From: Candidatus Woesearchaeota archaeon
GTDB lineage: Archaea > Nanobdellota > Nanobdellia > Woesearchaeales > UBA525
DNA length: 64,000 bases
NCBI GenBank assembly: GCA_028818155.1
Contig: JAPPOH010000014.1
Location: 75,042 to 139,041, forward strand
Reading direction: 5' to 3'
The position numbers were made by a program, and so were the translations under genes. Positions 16,816 through 26,334 of this stretch are shown here, piece after piece (within the stretch, counting starts at the first letter, position 1; every line of letters begins with the position of its first letter). The notes below the pieces were generated by a model that saw nothing but the letters and a program-made list of their open reading frames with translations, ran no database searches and had not been told where the DNA came from.

Positions 16816-17714
16816 ATCCTGAACTCCATGCTACGTGTAAGAACGCTCACTTTAGGAATGCGATCCTGAAATTCGTGAATATTCCCAAGCGTCTGTTTTC
16901 CAGCGGTTGCGCTTCCATATGCAGCCGCGAAGCGAGCAACATCCTCAAGCGGTTTCTCTTTTGCAATTGCAAGAATGGCAGCTGCGACAGTGCTGTCACC
17001 AGCACCGACAGGCGATGCATGTGCGGCAGGTGGGGTCGCTCGAACACATGTATTCTCGCCATAGAGCGTAAGTCCACTTTTACCGTTCGTCACAAGAAAC
17101 ATCTCCATACGGTCCGGGATGAGTGCTTCCATAACACACCTCTTGTCGTACACGCGTGACAGAGTGTTGAGCGCTCCTTTCAACTCCTGCTTTGTTGCCT
17201 TCATGAACAAAAGTTGTTCTTTTGCTGCGTATCGCATCGCGAGCGGATCACTTGTGTCAACGACAACTCGCTGCTCTGCGTGTTCACGTGCGAGGTCGCC
17301 ATACAACATGTTCTTGTTCGGAGGGGTTGCACCTGACAAGACAAGAAAATCTCCCGATGAGGCACTCTCAATGCTTGCCTCGACACCTGCTATAGTTGCA
17401 TCGCTCAAATCTTGTGGTGGTGTGTAGTCCTGCACATCACCATTGTCTGCATATGTTATCCTGCGAGTTATGTGTCCCCCAACAATGTGCGAGAGTTCAG
17501 TAGGTGCACGTGCGTTGCGTGAAAAAAGCCCACCTATATGTTCAGCGAGAAAATTACCATCTGCATCATTACCTGTAACGAGATGCAAATGCACAGGAAG
17601 CCCGAGTTCCATAGCGCCAACTGAAACGTGAACGCCACCACCACCTGCGATTGTGTGTTCTTTGAACACGTCAACAACAGGTTCTACACACAATGCGTGC
17701 ACCGTCGGCATCAT
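16812..17714 (-). CDS. PfkB-family sugar/nucleoside kinase
   Basis: GGGG...N motif near the N-terminus and a C-terminal PVGAGDSTVAAAILA (GAGD catalytic loop). TATA lies 26 nt upstream. Confidence 0.8.
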   Translation of the reverse strand: MMPTVHALCVEPVVDVFKEHTIAGGGGVHVSVGAMELGLPVHLHLVTGNDADGNFLAEHIGGLFSRNARAPTELSHIVGGHITRRITYADNGDVQDYTPPQDLSDATIAGVEASIESASSGDFLVLSGATPPNKNMLYGDLAREHAEQRVVVDTSDPLAMRYAAKEQLLFMKATKQELKGALNTLSRVYDKRCVMEALIPDRMEMFLVTNGKSGLTLYGENTCVRATPPAAHASPVGAGDSTVAAAILAIAKEKPLEDVARFAAAYGSATAGKQTLGNIHEFQDRIPKVSVLTRSMEFRI

Positions 17715-17775
17715 ACTGGTGAGAAACGTGCTTCTCTTAAAAATATTGTGAAAAAAAGTTGAGGTGGATTCCCAA

Positions 17776-18399
17776 TTATTTGCGAGCCGTGCCAGGCGGC
17801 GTCATCTTGCTTTTGACAGGCTTACCAGGCACCTTACTTTTCGCAGGCATCACTTTCTTTGGCGGTAATCCACCCACACCGGTTTTCTTCGGCACAGGAG
17901 CAGGTCCTTTAATCGCTGCTTTCACATCCGCTTTCCCGACGTTCATCTTGCCCATCGTTTGGATGTGTGCATTGACCCGTTGTCCTGGCAGCTTCTTGAA
18001 GAAGTCCAGATAGTAGGACATGCTATTGACAACCTTCGTTGCAAGGTTCGCGTTAATGCCTTTCTTGACAATCGCGCCCTTGATCTCTTCAGGCTGCTTG
18101 CCCTTGAGCATCTCCACAGCGACGAAGTTCTCGAGCTTACTCACTGTCGGCACCACTTTCGTGACGAAGAGCTCAGCTTCCGAAGCTTCTAATTTCTGGA
18201 GGTCCAGTTCTAGTCTGCGAACAGAGTCGCGTTCTTTCTCTTGGACTTTCTTTACATCTAGCGTTGCATCTTCCAAGATCTTCATATGGCGGTTGATGTG
18301 CCATGTCAAGAAGCCGATGAAGGCCACGACAACGACACCAACGAGCACCAAGATAAACAAGATCTCTGGTAATGGCATGTTTATTCCGAATACGAACAT
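17776..18399 (-). CDS. N-terminally anchored protein with Lys/Pro-rich tail, third gene of the giant-protein operon
   Basis: Single N-terminal TM, coiled-coil region, C-terminal KKxxPxK tail. GAGGTGG SD lies 5 nt upstream of the ATG and spans the giant gene stop. Confidence 0.5.
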   Translation of the reverse strand: MFVFGINMPLPEILFILVLVGVVVVAFIGFLTWHINRHMKILEDATLDVKKVQEKERDSVRRLELDLQKLEASEAELFVTKVVPTVSKLENFVAVEMLKGKQPEEIKGAIVKKGINANLATKVVNSMSYYLDFFKKLPGQRVNAHIQTMGKMNVGKADVKAAIKGPAPVPKKTGVGGLPPKKVMPAKSKVPGKPVKSKMTPPGTARK

Positions 18400-18408
18400 A
18401 GTTCCACC

Positions 18409-21400
18409 TCAACTTGGTATTGGATGAGTATCCTCTTGTATTTCCTTTCCTTGTTGTCTCAGCCAGCCGTCAGTCACAGCACCCTTCCCGAGTACCGCGG
18501 CTGCAGCGACGTCAAAGACCTCGACCTTCTTCGCTCCTGCTGGCAGGGTAAAGACGTCAATATAGTCAACGAACCTCGTGGATCGTTTGACGTTAGCGTT
18601 AATTTCGACTTCGAGGTCTTCCATGACCTCGCGCCCGTTGTTACAGACGATCACGTAGACAGGAATGTCCTCTCCACGGACGTATTCATTTAATCGTGGC
18701 TTCGCTCTGACGAGGAAGTCAGGGCATCGTACACGTGCTGTGGTTTGTCCATCATGTCTGCCAGCGTTTCTACTTGTCACCACGACACCAATCCCTTGTT
18801 CTGGCGTGTTCTGACCGCCAACTGCGATCGTGAATCGTGCTTGTGTTGTTCCTTGGACGAAGCCAAGGTCAACAGGGCCTGAGTACTCCCAGTCATCTGG
18901 AATTCGCAGGTCGACTTGGACATCTTCCGCGTTCGTTCCAGTGACTGTCACGATATACTCGAACGTGCTCAGTGGTTCGAGGTTCACGAACTGCTCATGG
19001 CTCACAAGGAGTCCAGTCTGGAGCGGTTGTACTGGAGCTGGTACTGGCTCAACGATCTCGACAATCTCGACAATTTCATGTGGCACGCATCGCTGCACGA
19101 GTGCGTCCCATTCCCAGCCTGTCTGGCAGTCGCCTCTGGCAGTGCCACCACTGTAATAGAAGCCGCCACCGCCGCCACCGCCACCGCCTGAGCTCCGACA
19201 CGTGCGGCTCGTGCATTGCCTACTGCACGTGGAAGGACAGGAATCTGCGTTACTGACACCGAGGTCGCATTGTTCACCGATCTCTTGTACGCCGTTTCCA
19301 CAGACAGGGAAGACGCACATCGATGTGTTGAAGTGGCACGCATCACTGCACGTGAGCGTTCCTATGTTGGAGAACCCATCGAAGTTTGCGCACGTTACGA
19401 CAGGGCCCCAGTCTTGTAGCAAGACGAGCGTGAATGTGAAGAATGTTCTTCCTACGACAGCTCCTCCTGTGTAGTTGCCTTGCGCGTTCAGCGAGAGCGG
19501 TATGGTTAGCGTGTCCGTGACGTTCTCGAGCACAAGGTGTGTGAGGTTGACTGTTGCTGTATATGTAGTTTCAAGGTTTGCTGCACCACTCCAGACGAAT
19601 GGAGCACTCGCACTGATTGTTGACCGGAGTATTGATGAGTTGACCGCGATGATCTGCATTTTTCCGACAGGCTCGCATGTCTCTCCTGGCTGAATGACAC
19701 CATCGCCGCACACTTGTGTCGTGTTGCCGTCAATACAATACGTTGTGTCGAAGAGGCACGTGAGCGGATTACAACTTAAGTTACCGCCTGTGAATGAGTC
19801 AAAGTTCTGGCAGCTTGTGACGGGGCTCCAGACTTGGTCGAAGGCAAGCGTGACGTTATCGCCAAAGACGCTTGTTGAAAAGTATGTGCCATCCTGTTGT
19901 TCTGTTAGTGTTGCTGTGTCAGTTACTTGTGTTGTGCCGTCCGTGTATGTCGCGTTGAAGAGTTGCGTTGCTGCATCGAACTTTATTGTTCCGTTGAGTG
20001 TTGCATTATCTTCATGACTAAAGAAGTTCTCGAATGTGCCACTCCAGACACTGCCTCCTTGGAATGTGAGTTGGACTGTGAGTGTATCGATGACCGTGCT
20101 ATTGAATTGATCTTGTGCTACAACTGTTGCATCTCCAACTTCGCATGTCTCGCCTGCTTGGATCGTTCCATCACCGCATGACGGTCCTGTTGCTTCGTTT
20201 CGACACGTTGCGGAGCAGCCATCGCCACTTACTATGTTGTTATCATCGCACTGCTCGCCTGATTCCACAATACCATTGCCGCATCTCCCACTCTCGACTT
20301 GGCACGTTGCGCTGCAGCCGTCGCCATCTACTGTGTTCCCATCATCGCACGCTTCTGTTGCGTTTACTCTTCCGTCACCGCACCGTTCCTCACATGTTTC
20401 GTTTTGCTCAACAGAGGTGTTGAATCTGTCCACGCCAGGGCCGACAGTCATGTTAAAGGTAACCACATCATTCGAGACGGTTGCGCTATCACCTGAGTTC
20501 AGTGTGACACCCGCTACTGCGACGTTCCTTCCGTTGAAGAAGCTGATCGTGCCGCGTGCATTCTCAAGGCTGCCTGCTGGGAGGCCGCCAAATAACTCTA
20601 CAACAAGGTTATCTGTTGTTCGCTGGACGGCAAGGCCAGAAACGTTAAAGTCGAAGTTCGCATCTGTGACTGAAAGGCCATTCTGCCTGATAAGGAACCA
20701 AGTGTCACTTGGGAGCGGCGTGCCGCCAAGGAAGATATTGCTGCTCGCGTCACCAACACCTGTATTTGTGAAGTTCGTCACGTTCACGTTTGCAAGGACG
20801 AGGTCGCGGCAGACATCTGTTGTGTTCAGACATAGTGCTGTACAGCCAGCAGTGCCATCACACTCTTCCCACGGCTGATTCACAATGCCGTCACCACAGT
20901 ATTCGACGACACATGTTGCTGAGCACCCATCACCATTATCAGTATTGTTATCATCACATTGTTCTCCTGCATCAAGGTTGCCATCACCACAGTCTGGCGG
21001 TGGTGGACCGCACGCGTTTGCGCTGCAGACATCACCTGTCGTACAACTTGCGTTTATGAGATCGAAGCACCCATCCGTCTGCTGTTCACATGTCGTAACA
21101 GTCGTGCTATTCGCACAGACAGGGAAGTTCGCTGAATCACATTCGCTTGTACATGTTACTTCGCACGCGTTCGTTGCCGTGTTGCACGACTCTCCTGTCG
21201 CACATGTTGTGTTGATGAGGTCAGAACACCCATCAGCTTGTACGACGCACGTGGTTACTGTCGTGCTATTCGCGCACGCGGGGAAGTTCGCTGGATTACA
21301 TTCGCTGATGCAGAAGTCAGGATCACAGACGTCGCCAATGCCATCGTTGTCTGCATCGTCTTGGTTTGTGTTCGCATCCATGATACAGTTGTCACAGTCA

Positions 21401-24400
21401 TCGTGCAAGCCATCACCATCTGTATCTGGGCTGAAGAGTGTTGGGAACGCGTCATTTGCGTCCGTACACATGTCTGGTGGCTGCACTGGACTACAGACAT
21501 CCTCGCCATTATCTGAATTGTCATCTTCATCAGGGTCTGCTGGGCATGCGCAACCAGGGTCTTCCATATCTACTAAGCCGTCGCCATCGCTGTCAACGCC
21601 ATCACTGCACGCAGGCGGTGGTGGAGTACATACGCCGGCAGTGCACACATCTGTACCCGTGCAGGGTGTGTTCACGAGGTCAGTACAGCCGTCAGGTTGC
21701 ACAACACACGTTGTTTGTGTCGTGCTGTCTGCACAGACAGGGAAGTTTGCGCGATTACACTCCGACGCGCAGGTTCTGCACACTGGGAGTGTTGCCGGAC
21801 AATCCTGCGTGTCTTGACAATCCTCGAGGTTGTCACAGTCATTATCAGTTTGATCATCACACACTTCCGTCGCATCAGGATTGATACTTGCACCTGTACC
21901 TGGCGTATCATCACAATCCACAGGGCCGCAATTGACGCCAGATGCGTTAAAGCCATCGCCATCATTATCAACACAACAGTTTGTCGTGTTAAACTGGCAC
22001 GTGATCGGGTTGCAACTTAAACGGCCACCTGTCGCGCTGAAGTCTTGGCAAGTCATGCCATCTCTGTTGCCTGGGAAGAAGTGCACAGAGAATCTGAATG
22101 CGCTTGATGATCCTGTGAACACGCCTGATGTGCTTATGCCCGTGAGTGGGAATCTGTTAAGCTCGTTGCCTGTAGCAATGTCAATGACTACTAATTCTGG
22201 TACGTCGATATCGACGTAGACTAGGCGTTCGTTTGCAAACATCGCAAGGCCCACCCATGTGCCGGGAGGTGCTGCTGTGACTTGTGCAGGGAGCATGAAC
22301 TCAAGTCTCGTTGTGTTCACGAGTGAGTTATCTGTTTTGTCTCGTACGACGAGGAGTGGTCGTCCTGGGTCGCAGACTTCGCCCGGACCGATAATACCAT
22401 CACCGCAGAACGCGCACGTGTTATCTTGATCATACGTTGCGGTGAACGCGTCGTTCGCGCCGCCGACGAGGAGTTCAAAGGAAACAATATCATTCGTGAC
22501 TGTAAGGACATCATTTGATTCGAGGACGTCAGTCGTGTCTCCTGTCGCAGCAACGTTCTTCGCGTTAAAGAACTCGACCGTACCGTTCACTTCCTCGCGG
22601 CTTGTGCCGACACCGTGCTCGTGTACGAGCAGGCCAGTTGCTGTACGCTGGACGGCAAGACCTGGGACATCGAAGTTAAAGTCTGCGTCTGTCACCTTTG
22701 TAGCATCTTGTTCAAGAGGGAACCATGTGCCACTTGGAATGAATGTCGTGTCTGAGCCAAGGAATATCTTATCGCTTACATCGCCATTACCAACATTTCG
22801 CACGCCATCAACAGTCACTTTTGCGAAGACCCCATCCCGACACGTTGCATCAGCGAACTGACACTGGTCCGTGCATCCAAGCGATGTTCCAGTCGGACCA
22901 TCACACTCTTCCCATGGTTGGTTCACGAGGCCGTCACCACAGTATTGGACGCACTCGCCCTGCTCACACACGCTGTTCGCATCGAGGCACGGTATCTCTG
23001 TAATCTGACCGCACGTGCCGCCATTCGCTGCTGGAATACATAGTTGCACAGAACTGCCTCTACATGTTGGGAAGTTCCCGTTCAAGTTACACTCGCCAGC
23101 GTCAGTGCAATCGTCGAGGCACATGTTCATATTCTGATCACATTTCCCGCTTGGACAATCTGTCTCAACGATATCGAAACATCCGTCGTCCTGTCGCTCG
23201 CATGTGGATGTAGTTGCTTCGAACACGACCTGACCAGTACTACTCGATCCACCTACTATCTCTACACACTGCGGATACGCTGCAGGATCACACTCATCAG
23301 CGCACGGTTGGCAGTCTGACGTGTTAAACTGGCAGGTGAGCGGATCACACGCTAGGTCGCCTATTGAATAGCTCGTGACATCTGAACATGTCTTGCTATC
23401 GAGATCCGCTGTGTTGAAATCTATTGTGAACCTGTAGTCTCGGGAGTTCGCGACATACGCACCCGCTTTTGTAGAAGGAATAAGGTCGATTTCTTCCTGG
23501 AGAAAAAGGTTTGTACCTGAGATTAAGGATAGCTTCAGCGAGCGTATATCAACATTCACGAGCCCAACGTCGAATCGCTGATCCGTTGGATAGTCTACCG
23601 CACCCGCCCACGTGTTTCCTGGGAAGACAGCTCCTAGGCTTTGTGGCACGAACTCGAGTGTGGTGAAGTTCACGATAGTGTCTGTCGCTCTGTTCCGTAC
23701 TACGAATATTGGGTTCCCAGGATCGCATGCTTCTTGTCCGTTCACGACGCCATCACCGCAGATAGGAGGCGTCTCACATCCATTCGGCGTGCAAACAAGC
23801 GTCTCACAAATAGTCTGCACTTTGGTCCCGCACGTGCTCCCTGTGTCAATGCATTCGACGAAGGTGTTGCCTTCGCATGTTGGGAAGTTCCCATCGAGGG
23901 CACACTCATATGGTCCGGTACATGATGTGCAGACACCGGCGGTCGCACAATCAGGGTCATCGCAGTTCGGCTCGCCATCGCAATCATGATCAATGTTATC
24001 AGTACAGACTTCTGCTGCACCAGGGTTCACAGTGCCATCACCATCATCACAATCAACAGGGCCGCACGTGCCACCTTCGACAGCGAAGCCATCGTTATCA
24101 CCATCTGTACATGTGCTGCAGAGACCTGTTGTCGAGTCACACAGTCCGCTCGGGCATGATTCTTGGACACGCTCGAAGCAGCCATCATTGTTCGTATCAG
24201 CGCATGTCACTGACGCAGTACCCTGACACTGCGGATACTCACTTGGATTACACTCACTTGTACATGGCGCAGGGTTGCAGTTACCATCTTGACAGATGAG
24301 ATCACCGCTGCAGATTTCTTGATCAACCCACTCGAAGCATGCGTCACTATCTGTCTGACCGCAGATCTGGACTGTGTTTGGCCTTGCAGGGTCACAGCGG

Positions 24401-26334
24401 AGTAGGCCTGAGGAATCGCAGCCAAGATCGTTCGCGCATGGCGTGCCATCACAGTTTCCTGTGAGCACGTTACACGTCTGGCCGGTCTGCTGGCACCTGT
24501 CTGTACCACCGCAGATAGCATCATATGCACAGTGGCTACTGTCTACGAACTCGTGGCCGTGGGGTGTTGTGCCCTGCTTGCCTGTGTTTGCACAGCAGAA
24601 TTCGTTATTCGCACCAATAAACTGGCCGTTTCTGTCAGGCCAGCACGTGTAGAGTGTTGGTCCTGGCGCTGTGTTGCCACACTGTTGCCCGTTTGCAGGA
24701 ATTGAGTCGAGGCACACCCAGCTCGTTTGTGGTATAATTGTGTTGCGAGCGAAGCAGCCGTTTGTTACTGCGTTCACGTCTCCAGTGTAAGCAGGAGTGC
24801 TCACATACCCGTCATCAGGAATGCCGGGGCATTGGTCTGCGGGGCAGAGTGTGTCTTGGAATTTTGATGGGCCTGGCGCTTCAAGGAGTGTGAGGTCATT
24901 TCTGCATTGCCATTCGGTGCCGAGAATGCCGCCTGGAAGGCCTGCAATTGCTGACGCAGGATCTGCATTGCCAAGGAATCTCGGTTGCTTGCAGACTTTG
25001 TCAACACAGATATCATCTGCATTACACAATGGTTTACATTGACAGTCTTCGTCGAGTTTATCTACATCGCCATCGCCATCATTATCCTTGCCATCATCGC
25101 AGATCTCTGTCTGTTGTCCTACAATGAATTCGTACCCGTTCGGAGTCACATCCGTTCGTCCTGTGTTTGCGCATCGGAACCAGACGTTACTACCATGGAT
25201 TGTTTCATCTTCGCGTCCTTCCCAGCACGTGTAGAGTGCTGCGAGACCGTTCAGATCGTTTCCTTTGGCGCAGAGCCAGCCTCTGTGTTCTCCACCATTA
25301 TGCGTGCCGACGTACGAGCCGAGCGGATAACACGTATTATCATTTGGATCCCACCCGAGGCAGTGGGTGTCTGTGTTGCACGCTTCCGTTGTTGTACGGA
25401 CATCCGCATTTACCCTGCCATTCCAGCTCGTGCCGTATGGTGCTGCTGGGTCCTCTTTTGGACCCATGTAGAGGATTGTGTTATGTATTGCTTGCTGACA
25501 TTGCGCGTACTCTGTCGTACCTTCCGCGACGAATTTGTATCCTGTTGGCGTTGCTGGGTTGTTCCCAACGTTTGCACAGCAGAAGGATGCTCCTGCGACA
25601 TCGAGCGTTTCGCCGTGTGTGCCGCTCCAGCACGTGTAGCCTGCCGCGCCACTGTTTGTTGTGTCTGCGCACAGCCAGCCTTCATGGGCGTATTGGCCGT
25701 TCATCCCAATGAACTCGCCGAGTGCGTAGCATCCTCTGTCGTTTGGATCCCAGCTCGCACATTCAGTTGCAACATTACATGCAGTCGTTGTTGATCGGAA
25801 GCCATATTGCTGTCGTACACTCCAGTCAGCGCCAGGTGTGCCTCCTGACTCTCCGCCGAGGAAGAGTGGTGTACTCACGAGGTTTGTTTCTGCGCATGTG
25901 TCCTTCACGCCATCAAGGTCTGTGTCGAGGCAGAAGCTTTCTGCTGGACAATCCAAGCCTGCACAGTTATGGTTCCTAATTGCAGTACATTGCCCTGCTG
26001 AGCATTGCGCATCCACAAAATGGTATACTCCAGCCCATTCCGGTTTGCCTGCACACCAATTGTTCTGATTGAGAATTCCACATCCTTGGCAAACACCATC
26101 ATGACAGAAGAGTCCTGGACGACATTCATCTTGCCGCTCGCAGAGGACAAGGGCAACGCCTACTTGTCCTACGAGTGTTTCGTCAAGGAGCGTCCCGCCG
26201 AGGTTTTCTTGTAAACTTTTGAGTGTTGCTTTGAATGCTTCCCAGCCAGCATCGAAGAAGAAGGCCTCTGTTGGCTGTGCCATGCTGAGGACGAGAACCA
26301 TGCAGATCGCTGTTGTAGCGAGTGCTCGGTTCAT
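18409..26334 (-). CDS. giant (2641 aa) secreted Cys-rich mosaic repeat protein, putative surface/adhesion protein
   Basis: Uninterrupted ORF with signal peptide MNRALATTAICMVLVLSMAQPTEA. Many Cys-rich repeat families, including CGDGxxxxGExCDDGNxxxGDGCSxxC, DCDDxxxxxNPxAxExCxDxxDxDCD, and DxDxDG Ca-binding-like repeats. Confidence 0.85.
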   Translation of the reverse strand: MNRALATTAICMVLVLSMAQPTEAFFFDAGWEAFKATLKSLQENLGGTLLDETLVGQVGVALVLCERQDECRPGLFCHDGVCQGCGILNQNNWCAGKPEWAGVYHFVDAQCSAGQCTAIRNHNCAGLDCPAESFCLDTDLDGVKDTCAETNLVSTPLFLGGESGGTPGADWSVRQQYGFRSTTTACNVATECASWDPNDRGCYALGEFIGMNGQYAHEGWLCADTTNSGAAGYTCWSGTHGETLDVAGASFCCANVGNNPATPTGYKFVAEGTTEYAQCQQAIHNTILYMGPKEDPAAPYGTSWNGRVNADVRTTTEACNTDTHCLGWDPNDNTCYPLGSYVGTHNGGEHRGWLCAKGNDLNGLAALYTCWEGREDETIHGSNVWFRCANTGRTDVTPNGYEFIVGQQTEICDDGKDNDGDGDVDKLDEDCQCKPLCNADDICVDKVCKQPRFLGNADPASAIAGLPGGILGTEWQCRNDLTLLEAPGPSKFQDTLCPADQCPGIPDDGYVSTPAYTGDVNAVTNGCFARNTIIPQTSWVCLDSIPANGQQCGNTAPGPTLYTCWPDRNGQFIGANNEFCCANTGKQGTTPHGHEFVDSSHCAYDAICGGTDRCQQTGQTCNVLTGNCDGTPCANDLGCDSSGLLRCDPARPNTVQICGQTDSDACFEWVDQEICSGDLICQDGNCNPAPCTSECNPSEYPQCQGTASVTCADTNNDGCFERVQESCPSGLCDSTTGLCSTCTDGDNDGFAVEGGTCGPVDCDDGDGTVNPGAAEVCTDNIDHDCDGEPNCDDPDCATAGVCTSCTGPYECALDGNFPTCEGNTFVECIDTGSTCGTKVQTICETLVCTPNGCETPPICGDGVVNGQEACDPGNPIFVVRNRATDTIVNFTTLEFVPQSLGAVFPGNTWAGAVDYPTDQRFDVGLVNVDIRSLKLSLISGTNLFLQEEIDLIPSTKAGAYVANSRDYRFTIDFNTADLDSKTCSDVTSYSIGDLACDPLTCQFNTSDCQPCADECDPAAYPQCVEIVGGSSSTGQVVFEATTSTCERQDDGCFDIVETDCPSGKCDQNMNMCLDDCTDAGECNLNGNFPTCRGSSVQLCIPAANGGTCGQITEIPCLDANSVCEQGECVQYCGDGLVNQPWEECDGPTGTSLGCTDQCQFADATCRDGVFAKVTVDGVRNVGNGDVSDKIFLGSDTTFIPSGTWFPLEQDATKVTDADFNFDVPGLAVQRTATGLLVHEHGVGTSREEVNGTVEFFNAKNVAATGDTTDVLESNDVLTVTNDIVSFELLVGGANDAFTATYDQDNTCAFCGDGIIGPGEVCDPGRPLLVVRDKTDNSLVNTTRLEFMLPAQVTAAPPGTWVGLAMFANERLVYVDIDVPELVVIDIATGNELNRFPLTGISTSGVFTGSSSAFRFSVHFFPGNRDGMTCQDFSATGGRLSCNPITCQFNTTNCCVDNDGDGFNASGVNCGPVDCDDTPGTGASINPDATEVCDDQTDNDCDNLEDCQDTQDCPATLPVCRTCASECNRANFPVCADSTTQTTCVVQPDGCTDLVNTPCTGTDVCTAGVCTPPPPACSDGVDSDGDGLVDMEDPGCACPADPDEDDNSDNGEDVCSPVQPPDMCTDANDAFPTLFSPDTDGDGLHDDCDNCIMDANTNQDDADNDGIGDVCDPDFCISECNPANFPACANSTTVTTCVVQADGCSDLINTTCATGESCNTATNACEVTCTSECDSANFPVCANSTTVTTCEQQTDGCFDLINASCTTGDVCSANACGPPPPDCGDGNLDAGEQCDDNNTDNGDGCSATCVVEYCGDGIVNQPWEECDGTAGCTALCLNTTDVCRDLVLANVNVTNFTNTGVGDASSNIFLGGTPLPSDTWFLIRQNGLSVTDANFDFNVSGLAVQRTTDNLVVELFGGLPAGSLENARGTISFFNGRNVAVAGVTLNSGDSATVSNDVVTFNMTVGPGVDRFNTSVEQNETCEERCGDGRVNATEACDDGNTVDGDGCSATCQVESGRCGNGIVESGEQCDDNNIVSGDGCSATCRNEATGPSCGDGTIQAGETCEVGDATVVAQDQFNSTVIDTLTVQLTFQGGSVWSGTFENFFSHEDNATLNGTIKFDAATQLFNATYTDGTTQVTDTATLTEQQDGTYFSTSVFGDNVTLAFDQVWSPVTSCQNFDSFTGGNLSCNPLTCLFDTTYCIDGNTTQVCGDGVIQPGETCEPVGKMQIIAVNSSILRSTISASAPFVWSGAANLETTYTATVNLTHLVLENVTDTLTIPLSLNAQGNYTGGAVVGRTFFTFTLVLLQDWGPVVTCANFDGFSNIGTLTCSDACHFNTSMCVFPVCGNGVQEIGEQCDLGVSNADSCPSTCSRQCTSRTCRSSGGGGGGGGGFYYSGGTARGDCQTGWEWDALVQRCVPHEIVEIVEIVEPVPAPVQPLQTGLLVSHEQFVNLEPLSTFEYIVTVTGTNAEDVQVDLRIPDDWEYSGPVDLGFVQGTTQARFTIAVGGQNTPEQGIGVVVTSRNAGRHDGQTTARVRCPDFLVRAKPRLNEYVRGEDIPVYVIVCNNGREVMEDLEVEINANVKRSTRFVDYIDVFTLPAGAKKVEVFDVAAAAVLGKGAVTDGWLRQQGKEIQEDTHPIPS

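Noticed and set aside
19054-19088. A 9-nt tandem repeat (x3) and a GCC/ACC triplet run, considered as a microsatellite or mini-CRISPR-like array.
   Set aside because: They are in frame within the giant ORF and encode EIVEIVEIV and poly-Gly. They lack spacer structure and are far too short for CRISPR.
18409-26334. The hypothesis that the giant surface protein is the target of a diversity-generating retroelement.
   Set aside because: No reverse transcriptase ORF occurs anywhere in the window, and I saw no template/variable repeat pair with adenine-specific differences.
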